64,000 nucleotides of DNA from Cenococcum geophilum (GCA_050273025.1 CP158635.1:22878001-22942000); one strand, 5' to 3'. Shown: positions 24,048 to 36,702, counted from the first letter of the stretch. The notes: a model not told the origin generated them from the letters alone. Numbers and translations: made by a program.

Positions 24048-27000
24048 ATGCGTCTCTTAGAACTTAAAGATAATGGCGACTTTAGCCTAACCGAATTTAT
24101 TGGAGACAATATTCCCCGATATGCGATTCTTTCTCATACTTGGGGAGCTGATAGCGAAGAGGTCACCTGCAAAGACCTGGCGGAGGGTACCGGTAAGAAT
24201 AAGGCTGGCTATAACAAGATCCGATTCTGCGGAGAACGAGCTGCTTGCGATGGCCTACAATACTTCTGGGTAGACACATGTTGCATCGACAAAACAAACA
24301 ACACTGAGCTCTCGGAGGCTATCAACTCTATGTTTCGCTGGTACCGTGATGCGGCTAAATGCTATGTGTACCTGTCAGACGTTTCGGCACGTGGCTATAA
24401 TATGAACGATCAAATCTCCCTGTTTACGTGGGAATCGGCTTTTCGGAAAAGCAGATAGTTCACTCGTGGCTGGACGCTTCAAGAGCTTATTGCTCCAGCA
24501 TCAGTTGAATTCTTCTCTATAAATCGCGAGCGACTCGGGGACAAGAAATCTCTGGAGCGACAAGTTCATGAAATAACGGAGATTGCTATTGAAGCTCTTC
24601 AAGGAAGGCCTTTGTTTTATTTCGGCGTTGGAGAGAGAATGTCATGGGCAGCAAAACGTGAGACCAAACGTGAAGAAGACAAGGTGTACTCTCTGCTGGG
24701 CATTTTCGACATCCACATGCCGCTCATCTACGGTGAAGGGAGGGAGAATGCGTTAATTCGGCTGCGGGAGGAGCTCGACAAGCGTTCAAAGGATTTTCAG
24801 CTTGACAGGCTGCCGAATGTTTCACAAGCTGCCTTTAATTCATATGAGAAACAGCATGAGTCTACCTGCCTTGAAAACACTCGAGTTGAAGTTCTTCAAG
24901 AAATAAGAGACTGGGCTCACGGACGCGATGACAGACCTATCTTCTGGTTGAATGGCCTTGCTGGCACTGGGAAGTCAACTATTGCCCGCACCGTTGCCCG
25001 AGAGAACGACCAAAATGGATGTCTTGGAGCGAGCTTCTTCTTCTCCCGTGGTGGAGGAGACTTAGCACACGCCGGCAAGTTCTTTCCAACTATTGCCGTA
25101 CAACTATCAAAAAGGATACCAGCTCTCAAAAATCTCATATATACATTAGTGGAGAAGCATAACGATATCGCAAGCCACTCGCTCGATGACCAATGGCGCC
25201 ACCTTATCCTGACACCATTCACAAGGTTAGACAATAGTTTCCATCAGTCACGGCTTCTCATAGTCATCGATGCATTAGATGAGTGCGAAGAAGATAAAGA
25301 TGTTCGTGTTCTATTGCGATTACTTTCAGAGATTAAAGATATTACTACCGTTCAATTCCGAATTTTCATCACTAGCAGGCCGGAAACTCCACTTCGGCTC
25401 GGATTTCGTCAAATGCCGTCAATTTACCATCACGACTTGGTCCTTGATGAGATATCCCGAGAGGTTGTGGATCGGGACATCTTAACATTCTTTAAGATGC
25501 AGTTTTCAGAGATCCGAGAGATTTTTGAGGAAGTCGCTCCTGACTGGCCTGGCGAACACAGACTCAATCTCCTTGTCAACAAGTCCGAGGGGTTATTCAT
25601 CTATGCTGCAACAGTCTGTCGCTTTCTCAAAAGTAATTACCATTGGTCACCTGATGACCTGCTCAGCGTTTTCGTTCCCGATATCCACGACAGTGAATCT
25701 CGGAAGCGTAAACGAAGCACACCTCTGAAATCACCATATTTAGAGCTCGACAAGATGTACACTCAAATACTAAGCTATTCACTAAAGCACATTGAAGATC
25801 TGCGAGACAAAGCTCACATTGCAAACGAGATGAAGAATATCATTAGCGCTATTGCGGTCGTGTCTCAACCCCTCTCGCCTATGGTCCTAGGCCGTCTTTT
25901 GGATATAGAGTACACCGCAATTCATCGGGGGTTAAGACCTCTAAGGTCATTATTTAACGTGCCAGACGATGAGAGCTCTCCGATTTTCCCTTTACATCCA
26001 TCATTCCGAGACTTTCTTTTTGATCGTCAAAGATGTACCAGTCAACATTTTTCCATCACAGAACAGGAGGTGCATAAGGGAATGGCTGAGCATTGTATAA
26101 ATCTCCTATCAAATATTCTCAATCACGATATTTGCAATGTTAAGCGACATGGAATATTAGTCTCAGATGTTAAGACGTCGACAATTCAAAAATATTTACC
26201 TCCAGAGGCCCAGTATGCCTGCATATACTGGGTGCAACATGTGCTGAAGAGTGGGACTAAACTTTCTGACGACAACTGGGTTCATGAATTTCTTAATCGA
26301 AACGTCTTTCACTGGCTTGAGGCACTTAGTTGGATAGGAAGGCTCACCGATGGCATACATGCCACAACAGCCTTAGAATTAGGCCTGTCGGTGAGTTTAT
26401 CATATAAATAATTTGGGTATCTAAGCTGACCGAATCTATAAGAACACGGAGGGCCCCAGTCTTTTAAGGCTAGTTCACGATACCAAAAGATTTGCACAGT
26501 ATAGTCGATCAGCGATTGAACAGGCGCCGCTGCAAGTATACGCTTCTGCGTTGATATTTGCACCAAAAAGGAGTGTAATTCGGGAGCAATTCAAAAACCA
26601 GATACCGCGGTTGATAGAACGACTCCCCGAAACAGAAGAGGTATGGAGCGCCACTCTACAGACGCTCGAGGGGCATTCGGGCTACGTCAACGTCGTAGCC
26701 TTCTCGCCAGACGGGACCGTCGTGGCGTCAGCATCGGATGACAAGACCGTCAAGCTATGGGACGCGCAGTCAGGACAGGAGCGGCAGACACTTAGGGGGC
26801 ATTCGGACTGCGTCAAAGCCGTGGCCTTCTCGCCAGACGGGACCGTCGTGGCGTCGGCGTCGTGGGACAAAACCGTCAGGCTGTGGGACGCGCGGTCGGG
26901 ACAGGGGCGGCAGACGCTCCAGGTCTGTGCAATTATTCAGGAGCTTTGCTTCACCAGCGATGGAAATTACCTCCTCACGGATAGGGGAGTCCTCGACGTC

Positions 27001-27204
27001 ATCTCCAACGCTTCTATGTCAGTGCAAGCTCGACCAGCCCTGCGCCCAAGACTATTCGTAAAAGAGCAGTGGGTAACTCTGGGGTCCGAGAACTTACTTT
27101 GGCTTCCTCCCGATTATCGCGCTAGTTGCGTTGCCGTTCGGGGGAGAACTGTCGTTCTAGGGCATTCGTCAGGCCGAGTGTCAATGTTCGAGTTCCTCGT
27201 CTGA
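24048..27204 (+). pseudogene. HET-NACHT-WD40 NLR (HNWD / het-e-like) with one premature TAG at 24456-24458; intron 26391-26442
   Basis: HET motifs YAILSHTWG, WVDTCCIDK and SR*FTRGWTLQEL. NACHT P-loop GLAGTGKST and Walker B IVIDALDEC. APLQVYASAL linker and two WD40 repeats. ORFs 24048 and 24612 are in the same frame. Confidence 0.92.
26659..26910 (+). repeat. Two 126-bp highly similar WD40-coding repeats
   Basis: QTLEGHSGYVNVVAFSPDGTVVASASDDKTVKLWDA versus QTLRGHSDCVKAVAFSPDGTVVASASWDKTVRLWDA. Confidence 0.9.
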
Positions 27205-28122
27205 CGAGGATAAAGTGTGTGAAGAGGATCGGGGCAGAGAGCCAATAATGAGGCGTACAATTTCGCTTGGAACGTTCAGTAGAGGAGACTCTGGGCCAGG
27301 GCTGACTGGAAGACGAGGAGATGGCCTAAAGGAGGGAGGCTCTAACTTCGTGTCTATGATCACTGCTGCATCGAACTCTTTGGCATAGATCATTATTGAC
27401 CTGTGATGGGCGCTGGAGGATGACGGACGACGATGGAGAACGACACTGGAAGATGCTAAAAAGCCGGCCAAGCATAATTGCGATGAGCCTGGTCTGTTAG
27501 CATTCACGTCCGGTATCTTAGTATGTCGTGACGGCCTACCCGCCAGTGCTTGTTCCCCCAAATCATATGAGAGTAGTCGTAAGGCTTCGGCGGCAAGTCT
27601 GGGTTAATCGTCTCTATGACCTACTCGAGGATCATCAGCGCGAACAGGCCACGTACCCCGCTGCCACCGAGCGCGAGCAGGCGGAGCTCCTTGTCGGGCA
27701 TGGCCAGAGGGCGGCTGCTGCTGTGGGTCTAATGATATGTCCATAAAGTAGGGCTGGCTGCGCAGTTGAGGCGTTTGACATGAGTTTAGACCGTCGCACG
27801 TATCGCGGTGCAACTAATCTCTTGTTGATCTTCAAGCGACTATGCGGCCGTATAGGCATTTCTATCGTAAGAGAGCATGTCCGCAGCGGCTGTTTGCTGG
27901 CTTGAGTACGGAGGTCGCTGTCTAAAGGTTTTGCACTTTCCTAATTAGAAAGTTTAGCCTACCGCCCAGTAGAATATTATATATTTTATTACTAAAGTTT
28001 AAATAAGAGGAAATAGAGGCGATTAATTGATTAATTAATAAGCTAGTTAGTTTTGAGGTTGCGAGGTCTGCGCGACCGTAGGTTCCTGCCCTATTCTAGC
28101 TCCGCTGGCGGCTCTATGAGGT

Positions 28123-30176
28123 TGTAAGGGCTTACTCGGGTGCATCACCCGAGGGCTCTCAGGGGTACGTATTAGCCACCCGATCGAGCCACCCCCCCGA
28201 TCGAGCCACCCGCCGATCGCGATTCAAATCACCCCTTTTCTGATGCATCTTACCTTTCCTACACCACAACCATGGACTCTACGGCTGTCGCACCGCTTGA
28301 ACTCGATCAAGAAGCTCGAATGCAAATTGCGATTAAGCTTTTAGAAGCCAACCCCGACCAATCTATTCGTCAGCTTGCTAAATCTCACCACCTACCGCGA
28401 TCAACTCTTAACCACCGTTAGAAGGGGCGCCGGTCGTGCAAGGAGTCTCATCAAGCCCAGCAAATGCTCTCAGTCTTTAAGGAAGACTCTATCGTTAAAT
28501 GAATTAATACTATGGGAAGCTAGGGGTGGCCACCTCAAATCTAGCATCTTAAATCTATGGCTAAAGATCTTCTCAAAGCAAAAAAGTGTTCTACGGAGCT
28601 TGGCCAACACTGGTATAAGAACTTCCTTAATCGCCACCCAGAACTTAAAGCTCGATTTGCTAGATGTCTTAATCAAAAGCGAAAGGACGCCGAAGACCCC
28701 GAGATTATTAAAGATTAGTTTAAGCTGTACGCAGCTACGGTCGCCAAGTACGGAATTTCTAAGGGAGATTAATATAATATGGATGAGAAGGGAATCGCAA
28801 TAGGAGTTGGTAATAAGATTAAGGTGTTAATATCACGGTCGGAGGCTAAGGTTTTCACTACAGAGGCAGGCACTCGCGAGTGGGTGTCCTTAATCGAATG
28901 CATATTAGGAAATTGATATCGGCTGCCTCCTTATATTATCTTTAAAGGAAAGCAAATACAACGAGCTTGGATAACTCCACGCCTTAATCGCTAGGCGGTT
29001 ATCTAAGTGAGCGATTTAGGGTGGATAAATTCGGATATTGCTCTCAACTGGTTGCACCACTTTAAATTATATATAAACCCACGACTCTAAGGAATCTATC
29101 GCTTATTGATTCTTAATGGCCACAAGAGCCACGTATTAATGTAATTCATCGAGTATTACGAGGCTTATAAGATCGTGGCTCTCTGCCTCCCCCCACATTC
29201 GACGCATAGACTTCAACCTCTCAACGTCGGCGTATTTGGTCCCTTGGCGCGAGCTTACAAAAAGCACCTCCATAACTCTGCACTCTACGGAGCCTTAAGT
29301 ATCACTAAGTTAGAGTTCTTGCAATACTATTAAGCTGCGCGTAATAAAGCTATATCTTTAACTAATATAGCTAGTGCGTGGCGGGCAACAGGTCTTATTC
29401 CCCTTAATCCTTCTACTGTTATCAAAGATCCGGCCTAAGACTTCTCCTTTTGCAAGCCTTACAAATAAGAATGGTGTTCGAATTAATATTCCTATCTCTC
29501 CTTCTGTAGGAGAGAAGATTAATAAAGTCGTTGATCTAATTCTACAAGGTGCACCACCCCTACATTTAGAAGCAATACTCGATCTACAGCAAATAGCTTT
29601 AAGCACTCTTACTAATAAGATTGTTCTTCAGCGTGTCAGTACGGAGCTTATAGAGAAGCAGAAGAGACAACGTCGTGGCAAGGAGAAGACGTCATATGGG
29701 AAGGCACGAGTTTTATCAGTAGGGGAGGCTCTTAAGAAGAACCAAGAGAGGGAGGAAAAGGAGCAGGAGGAGGCTACCCAAAAGGAAAGACGTGGAGCTC
29801 TACAAGGTGTTATCACGTTCGCGAAGAAGGTGTGGAAGGAACTACCTATGCAGGACGAAGTTTTTAAATAGTATTAATAGAATTGACGTTTTGGGTGAGA
29901 GTCTGTGCATACGAGAGCTCTGCTCAGAGCGTGGCCCGATCGGGACGATGTCTCAATCGGGAGGGTGGCTCGATCGGGGGGGTGGCTCGATCGGGTGACT
30001 AATACGTTAGCCTCGGCTAAGCCTGAAAAGCTCCCCGGACCTGCATCATCGGTTCGTCTCTGTACGAGGATATTGCCCTACCCTACTCTTTGCCATATCG
30101 TCCTCTTCTATCGACTCTCCTGACTTATGCTCGGCTTGCCTACTCCCTACCGTATACCCTGGCAATATGCCTCACA
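28123..30176 (+). mobile_element. Solo LTR split by a Fot1 insertion
   Basis: TGTAAGGG...CCTCACA termini, TSD GAGGT/GAAGT, and clear similarity to 14256-14513. Confidence 0.8.
28167..30007 (+). mobile_element. Fot1/pogo-family DNA transposon, moderately RIP-damaged (transposase 28272-29871)
   Basis: TIR ACGTATTAG(C/T)CACCCGATCGAGCCACCCCCC at a TA target. Motifs YNMDEKG, REWVSLIECI, LLILNGHKSH and LPPHSTHRLQPLNVGVFGPL, with several TAG/TAA stops. Confidence 0.92.
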
Positions 30177-30792
30177 GAAGTCCTCTGGTTGAGCAGTAAA
30201 CGTCTCGCCGCTGCCTTCTTCCTACTTTCTTAGTAATTATTTAACTAGATATTTAGTATTTTAAATGCGGGTTTTAAGCCTTAAGCAATAATATGGCGTG
30301 GATCTGAGATCAAATCCACTCCAGATCCCACGTGCCATATCTAAATAGGAATAATAGTTACCTATATAGGCTAGCTCGCCATTTTGGACCCAATTGGCGT
30401 GAGTGTTCGCGCCGGTCCAAATAGATCACTGTTAGGAGTATGTACCAGAATGGATTCCAGAAACACTAACGGTATGGATGAACACTGAAAACTCATTTTT
30501 AGGCAGGCGGTTTTTGTTGAGGTGTAGAATGGTATTGGGGTAAGTGTTTAACACTATGGTTACAAGTCCAGCAAAGGTAACGAGTAATTGAGCATGGTAA
30601 AGTACGCGGATGATTTTCTCCAGCAATAATATTTATCAAACAGCTCTAACACTAACACTAACAAATACAAATCTGATTCCCCTCAGACCGCGAACATGCG
30701 CGTGGGATTCAGGTTTTCTACCAATTCCATGATCAATACACTCTAGTACCCTTGGTCTTTTAGCTGGCCGTAAAAAAAAACAAAGTGGTTCT

Positions 30793-31455
30793 TCATTTCT
30801 TGTACTCGTGTTCAGCAGTTCTCTCAGTTTCCTTTTGCAGTTGTTTGATAGTTTCTTCTGTCGCATCGATTTCGTCGCGGTCCGCTTTGATCTATTCCGA
30901 TTTCCGCATTAGCCACACAGTTCAAAAAAGGGTTAAGTGTATCTCCAAACAATGGAAACAAGAGGTGTTCGTACAATACTCTCACTATCCGAAGCCAGCG
31001 GTTCCTTCCAATGTCCCTTGCCTTCCTTTTGCTTCCTTAGCAGGTCCTGCTTGTGTTCCTCCACCTCCTTTGCGCGTTCTTCATTACCTAAGTTTGAAAA
31101 TATCAGTGAAAATATTGCATGTGAGATGCAGGTCTCGTAAGATCAAAGGAAGGCTGCCAAGCCCGCGGTGTAGGAACGTATTTTCCTGGCTCCACAGACA
31201 GCGGTACCCTGGAACTTAAAGAAAGCTGCCTATCTAGCCAATTGCACACTCCATCAAGAATGGAGCCTCTCAGCCCGTTGTGCGGACTATTGATGACTGC
31301 GTAATGTTGCTAGGAAGAGGGGTTACCATACCAAGCTCTGATTCCTTCACGGACAATCTCCCTGCAGAGGTTTGAAGCCCTGCCCGTTGTGAGAAACGGT
31401 ATAAGACGAAGCTACTACGTCGCATTGCGAATGTGACGTTTCTGAACGCTGACAT
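30793..31455 (-). CDS. Small conserved fungal protein, probably mitochondrial (3 exons: 31455-31332, 31087-30975, 30891-30793)
   Basis: Spliced product MSAFRNVTFAMRRSS...KQKEGKGHWKEPLASDSESIIKADR... has an Arg/Ser-rich presequence and the conserved GHWKxxLASDSE motif. Introns are canonical. Confidence 0.75.
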
Positions 31456-32665
31456 GGTGGTGGTTGACTGATGTGGAAGCTTCTACGTTTGCAAGGTAGG
31501 GCTTAGATGTCCGAGACTTTCAATGCCTTTTCCGGGCGTAGAGGTGAGATAGGAGCGTGAGGAGCTAGTTAGGCTAATTAAAAAAGCGTTATAGGTATGC
31601 GAGGTGCTTGAGCGATTGTCTGCAGTTTTCGATGGTAAAGGCTGGAGGAAAGGAAAACTGTTTGGCTGTTGATAGAATATATCAAGAGCTAAGCTCCAAG
31701 GGATGTCGTCATACCAAGACGATTATCACTATTACGTACTAGGCTTGAAGGAGGTGGTACCAAGTTTCAGCTGTTGCGAAGGTCATCACTCTCGAGTATC
31801 TGTGGAGGGAATCAGGAATGAAGTGTGATCAAAGCTGTGATTTGAATCCTATGACAAAAAATTTCCACTACCTAATTTAGAGGCGTGTTTCGTAGAATTG
31901 TTCGCAAAATAGTCCGACGTCCGGGTAGAAGATCAGTAAAAATGACCCCCAATTAGCTTCCTTTGGGGGGATATAAAGTCGATCCCAACTGATACAAAAA
32001 AACGAAAAAGCACACAATTGACCGCGTAGTCTCATCCCAGCGTACAGTATCGAGAGACAAAGATCCAACATGATGTGATGGAGATATGCACCTGAACCCA
32101 AAACCCGACACCGCCGCTGTTTCTCAAAGACTCGCGCCATGGTATACCAGCCCTACGTAAACCCGCCTGCCCATACAAAAGAAATCTACCCTTTGAAGGG
32201 CTCCAAACAAAAGCAGGAGCTGGGTAACGATAAACTTTGCAGAACACCAACGCTACAGAACACCTTTATCTGTAACCGAATTTTTTCTTTGGGAGTCTTG
32301 ACAATTAAAAAAAAAGTAATTCCGAGATGAGACCCTGTATAACACCAAAACATTGCAGACCACCATCATGCGTAACGCTGGAAGACATGTCGGGACCAAA
32401 TGCGTTCTAATCGATCGATAAAGAAGAAAGATGTTTTCGCTACATCGCAACGCCGTTGCCCGTGATTTAGAGTGGTATCCCCAAAAATGTCGAAGAATAT
32501 TGTTGCGGATTTGTACAAAACGAGTTGATGAGTATGAACGGATCCTCCGGTCGGAAAATCGGGAAGAATATCAAATAGATCCTGGGGTAGCCACTAGTCT
32601 AGCAACGAAGCGCGCCGCAATGCAAATCGAATAGAAATCGCTCCGGCCTCCTGCCTGCAGGGGCA

Positions 32666-33359
32666 TTACCAGCGTCGACCCATGAACTGTTGCTGGATCT
32701 GCCTGTTTGGTGAGACAGATGGAGGCGGGCTGGCAACAGCTCGCGTGGATGGATCGACTATTGGAATTGCATTGCGAGTTCGTTGAGCTAGTGGCTGATG
32801 AAGTTTAGTTTGCGATGAATTTTGCTGTGGTTGATATCCGGCCGGCGTATATGGATTCGGTGCAGATGATAATACAAAGCTGGGAGTAGGCTGCAGCTGA
32901 TGCTGAAGAGGAGACGATTCGGGCGAGCCGCTCGATAAAGACGATCGATCAGATCCAGAGGAGTGAATGGATTGAAGCTGTCCATAGCGGATCAGCATCT
33001 TATAAGATGTGTATACAGCTAATGCGATACCCGGAAGGACGAGGTATCGAGATGGACAAGACGAAAGCAAAAGCAGGTCAACTTACATCATCTTCAGTGA
33101 GTAGATGGAAAGGACAGAACATCTCGTCGTCCTCTAAGTCGAATGATCTTGCTGCTTCGAAATCCCTTCGAAATGCGGTGATACTCGGTGCTTCTACAAC
33201 GAACTCCTTGGGAGTGCGAACCTGCCGAAACTGCTTGTGGTTGTGAGCAGCCGATAAGCGCGGAGCTCTCCGCGATCGGCCCCCGTGGTGATTATGGGAG
33301 GTGTGCGCATTCATGTGCGACGGGTGATGCTGTCCACCGTAGTTGAAGAACTGTGACAT
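32666..33359 (-). CDS. Conserved fungal hypothetical protein (2 exons)
   Basis: GGRSRRAPR...FEAARSFDLEDDEMFCPFHLLTEDD|LQSIHSSGSDRSSLSSGSP...RNAIPIVDP, with a GTAAGT...CAG intron. Confidence 0.8.
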
Positions 33360-35033
33360 GATGGCAGAGGTATTGGAGATGGCAGTTTGATGGAGACGGT
33401 TGAGGCTGTCGCAAAATGTGTTCGGGGCTGAGTGCTGGGCGAGTGAGACCGAATTAAGGCGATTGCGGGATTAGTTGACGGGATGACCACAACAAAAGGC
33501 GAAACAAAGGAGGCGACAAGGCGTGATAGGCGGAAAAGGGCGCAGAAAGAGTCGCGAAAGGAAAGCGGCCAGGAGTGCGAGACAGTTCGGATATTACTAC
33601 TATGTTGTTCGTTGTTTGTTGTTCGGCTTGGTGGGAGGTCGGAGGTGGGTGAGGTAGAGTCGCTGGGAGAGAGGGCTGGCGGACTTGAAGAGGCGGGGAT
33701 TTGAAGGGAATGCGAATGGGAGGCTAGAAGGCTGAGCCCACTTTAACTCGGGCAAGGGTTTTGCCACTAGCGTCACAGTGCGTCCAATCATGTCCACGGC
33801 CCTCGACTAGTTCCTGATGGTCGCCGGAGTCGTCTGCGCTGGTGCTCAACTCGAAAGCGAAAGCGGCCATTGCTTTTTGCCCCGCCGGGACCCCAAAGCA
33901 GCAGCCGACCTGCCGATGCTTCGTGAGTCTTTCTGAACACTGCTGGCTCTTCGAGCGCCGTCTGTGTACCTTCTGCGCTGCCTGCGCCATCTGCACTCCA
34001 TCTTCGAACGCTGCCCAGGCGAACAGACACCCGCAGGCAGGGACCAGGCACAGGCATGCCAAACAACTTATGCAGCCAAGCCCGCCTCGACTTGCCCTCT
34101 TTCGCTGCGCCGGTGCTCAGCCTCGGACGAGGTTGGCCATCGTGACTGACCGCTCATTTTCCATCATGCACCGCGTGGCTTGGGCGGTTTTGAAGATCGC
34201 TGGCCAGCATCACGTCTGCCAAATCGCTTCGAGAACCTTTTGCATGGCCACTTATTTCCTGCTGTGTTGGCAGCCCTTGGTCGATCTGAGTTGCACAGCG
34301 AACCGCCCGCAGCTGGACCCACTCTTAGCTGATGGAGCTTAATTGACACTGGCACAGCTGGGCATGTCAGACAGGCCCTCGCTCCGACCCCATCCCACCC
34401 CAAATTGCTGTGGATCACTTGGTCCAGAATTGAAGCCGGCCGCTGTGCGACTTTGGGGGCGCTTCGAGTCTGGAGGGACGCGGCGGATACTTCATTAGGC
34501 TCGAGCAATTGATGTCTGTGGTCCTCATGCGCCCTCCCCAGGTACCGCTCGTTGTCTCGACTGGCGCTGGAACGGGGGAACTGGAGACGCAGGGCCAATG
34601 GAGATCTTCCGTCACCGAGTATGTAGAGCGTTCCGAGTAAATCTCGAGACCACCATTGCGTGCTACCGCCGCATGCTGTCCAAGCGATCGTCATATCCTT
34701 CCGCTCCATGTATTGTAGCCACCTGAACAACGTCAAGGCCGGGACTCGAATAAAACGTCCGATGTCGTGTGTGAGAAGATATCGGCATGTCCAACGTTTA
34801 GGTTCCCCGGATTGTGTCTGACTGCATTTCATATTGCGAGTGAGAACTTTATTCAATAGCTTCGCTACCTCTTGTACGGCTACTCTCTGGACGTCCTCGG
34901 AGCTAAGAAACTCTCCGCTGCAAGACGCCCTCGATGCTATGCTAAACGCAAGCGCCCGAACGCCGCCAAAACATCTAAATCTCCCCAAACCCCAATAACC
35001 TAGAACTTCTTGACGAGCTCATGACCGTAGCCT

Positions 35034-36022
35034 TCACTTGTCTAGCCCTCTTCCTTTGACAAATCTCGCAATTTGGTCTTTGCATGTCTTATCAGTGAAC
35101 TGTTCCCAAATCTCATAGAGCGATATGAGCTCCTGCGTGCAGTCCACTACTGCCTCAATATCGACATTACTTTCTGCCAGCCAGTTTACCAGCTTCTGCA
35201 CCCTGTTTTGGGTACCTGAGCCGCTTGAAGACCGTGCATTGCCTAAAGTCTGTAACGCATTAGCAAACCCTGCCACATGCCCCTGTAGTCCGCTCTGGGC
35301 AGGCTTGAGCACTACCGCAAGGAACATCGCAGTGATTGCAATAACGTGAGGAGCATGAAGCAAAGGAAGATCTGTCAAGTAATGGTCATTGATGACTGAC
35401 CGCGCCAGCGTAATCTCCTCTTGGGTTAGCTGGAAGTTGGTCTGGAGTTCTGATAAACTTCGATAAGGATGATGGATGATGAGTTGCGAGTTCATTTCCG
35501 AGATAAGCGTAAACTCGCATTCGCCGATCTTTGATGTATCGTTCACAGGCATATCTGGGAGTCCTCATTAGGCAACGAACGTATTAGGAGGGATGAAAGC
35601 TTACCCCAGCAATGCCTGGCTTCCGCTAATACCATTCGGATATGTTGGGGACATTCTTCCATCTTGCAAGCTAAGTATAGTGCAGTAGCTAGAACAAGCG
35701 TTGGATTCGTACGCCGAATCTCGACCTTGGTATAGAACCGCCTTACATAGACCTGTGCTGTAGCCAAAGCTTGCTGACGAACTGAAAGCGGCCTTGCCAG
35801 CTTAGATAGTTCTATAGACGATCATTTAATTTGCATTTAGAGAGGTAGATTGGAGGCCTTACGGTGATAGAAATAAATACTTAGCAGGCGTCTGTCTGGT
35901 AAGGGATATTGCTGTACCAGAGCCCGTTCCGTCTCTTCAAGCCTTCGCCGCTCGAGCGCGAGTTGTTGCTTTGTGAAAGTCCAGAACTTCCGTTGTGTGG
36001 AGTCCCAATAGCTGGCCGCCAT
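35034..36022 (-). CDS. SSN8: Cyclin C, Mediator kinase-module subunit (multi-exon)
   Basis: [51 protein letters not shown] and [14 protein letters not shown]. Confidence 0.93.
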
Positions 36023-36702
36023 ACCTGCAAAGGAGGGGTGGTATAAAACGAAAGGTAATACTGTGTCTTGCAATAGACATGATAAGAAACAAAAAAAAGA
36101 CTTCAGAGTGAACAAATGATGCACATATTGTGTAGATAGATAATGAGCCTTTGAAATAGTTTTAGTAGGGAAAGCACCGAAAGACGTTTTGATAGGAAGG
36201 AGTGCAGATTCTGGTCGAGCTGGCGGGGGAGATAACTCGGGAGGCTGGCAGTGGTAAGCCGTGAGAGTTTTCTCTTTCACACTCTGTTCTTTGATTTAGA
36301 ATCAAACCGCTAGCTGACATACAGCCAGGCAAACAAGGGTCAAAAGACAAGACGGCAGCCACAAAGTATACAGCACAGCCTCTAGCAGACTTCAATTGTG
36401 CCAGCGGGTTGACTACCTCAATATCGTAGGGCTGCCCGGTAATTTTCTGGCCTGCGGCCATCGCCGCGGCTAACCACTTTGAACTTCGGCTTGGCCGAAA
36501 AAAACGTCTACCAACTTTCTCAGCGTCATCATAGGCTTCAAAGCCCCACTATCTCTGCACGTCCTTACCCATTCCTATGCTTTCTCTACAACTGAATTGT
36601 GAATCCATCGCGCTTCGCTCGCGCCGACAGGCTCTCCTTTGTGTGCCTCCGGAGACAGCCATGATAGCCGGGAGATAGCCGCTCCTTACACTGGAGAAGA
36701 AG

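Noticed and set aside
24612..26411. Stand-alone 599-aa NACHT gene separate from the HET and WD40 ORFs
   Set aside because: It is in the same frame as the upstream HET ORF across one TAG and is joined to the WD40 exon by a canonical intron, so it is one gene.
34164..34988. 274-aa minus-strand ORF and overlapping ORFs at 33.5-34.6 kb
   Set aside because: The start is non-ATG, no motif is recognisable and ORFs overlap in several frames. This is more likely the long upstream region of the gene at 33359, though a lineage-specific gene is not excluded.
36023..36280. N-terminal extension of the cyclin C ORF (also 45195-45260 for the TRAF gene)
   Set aside because: These rely on non-ATG starts. The family-typical N-terminus of cyclin C begins at the ATG at 36022, and the first ATG of the TRAF gene is at 45194.
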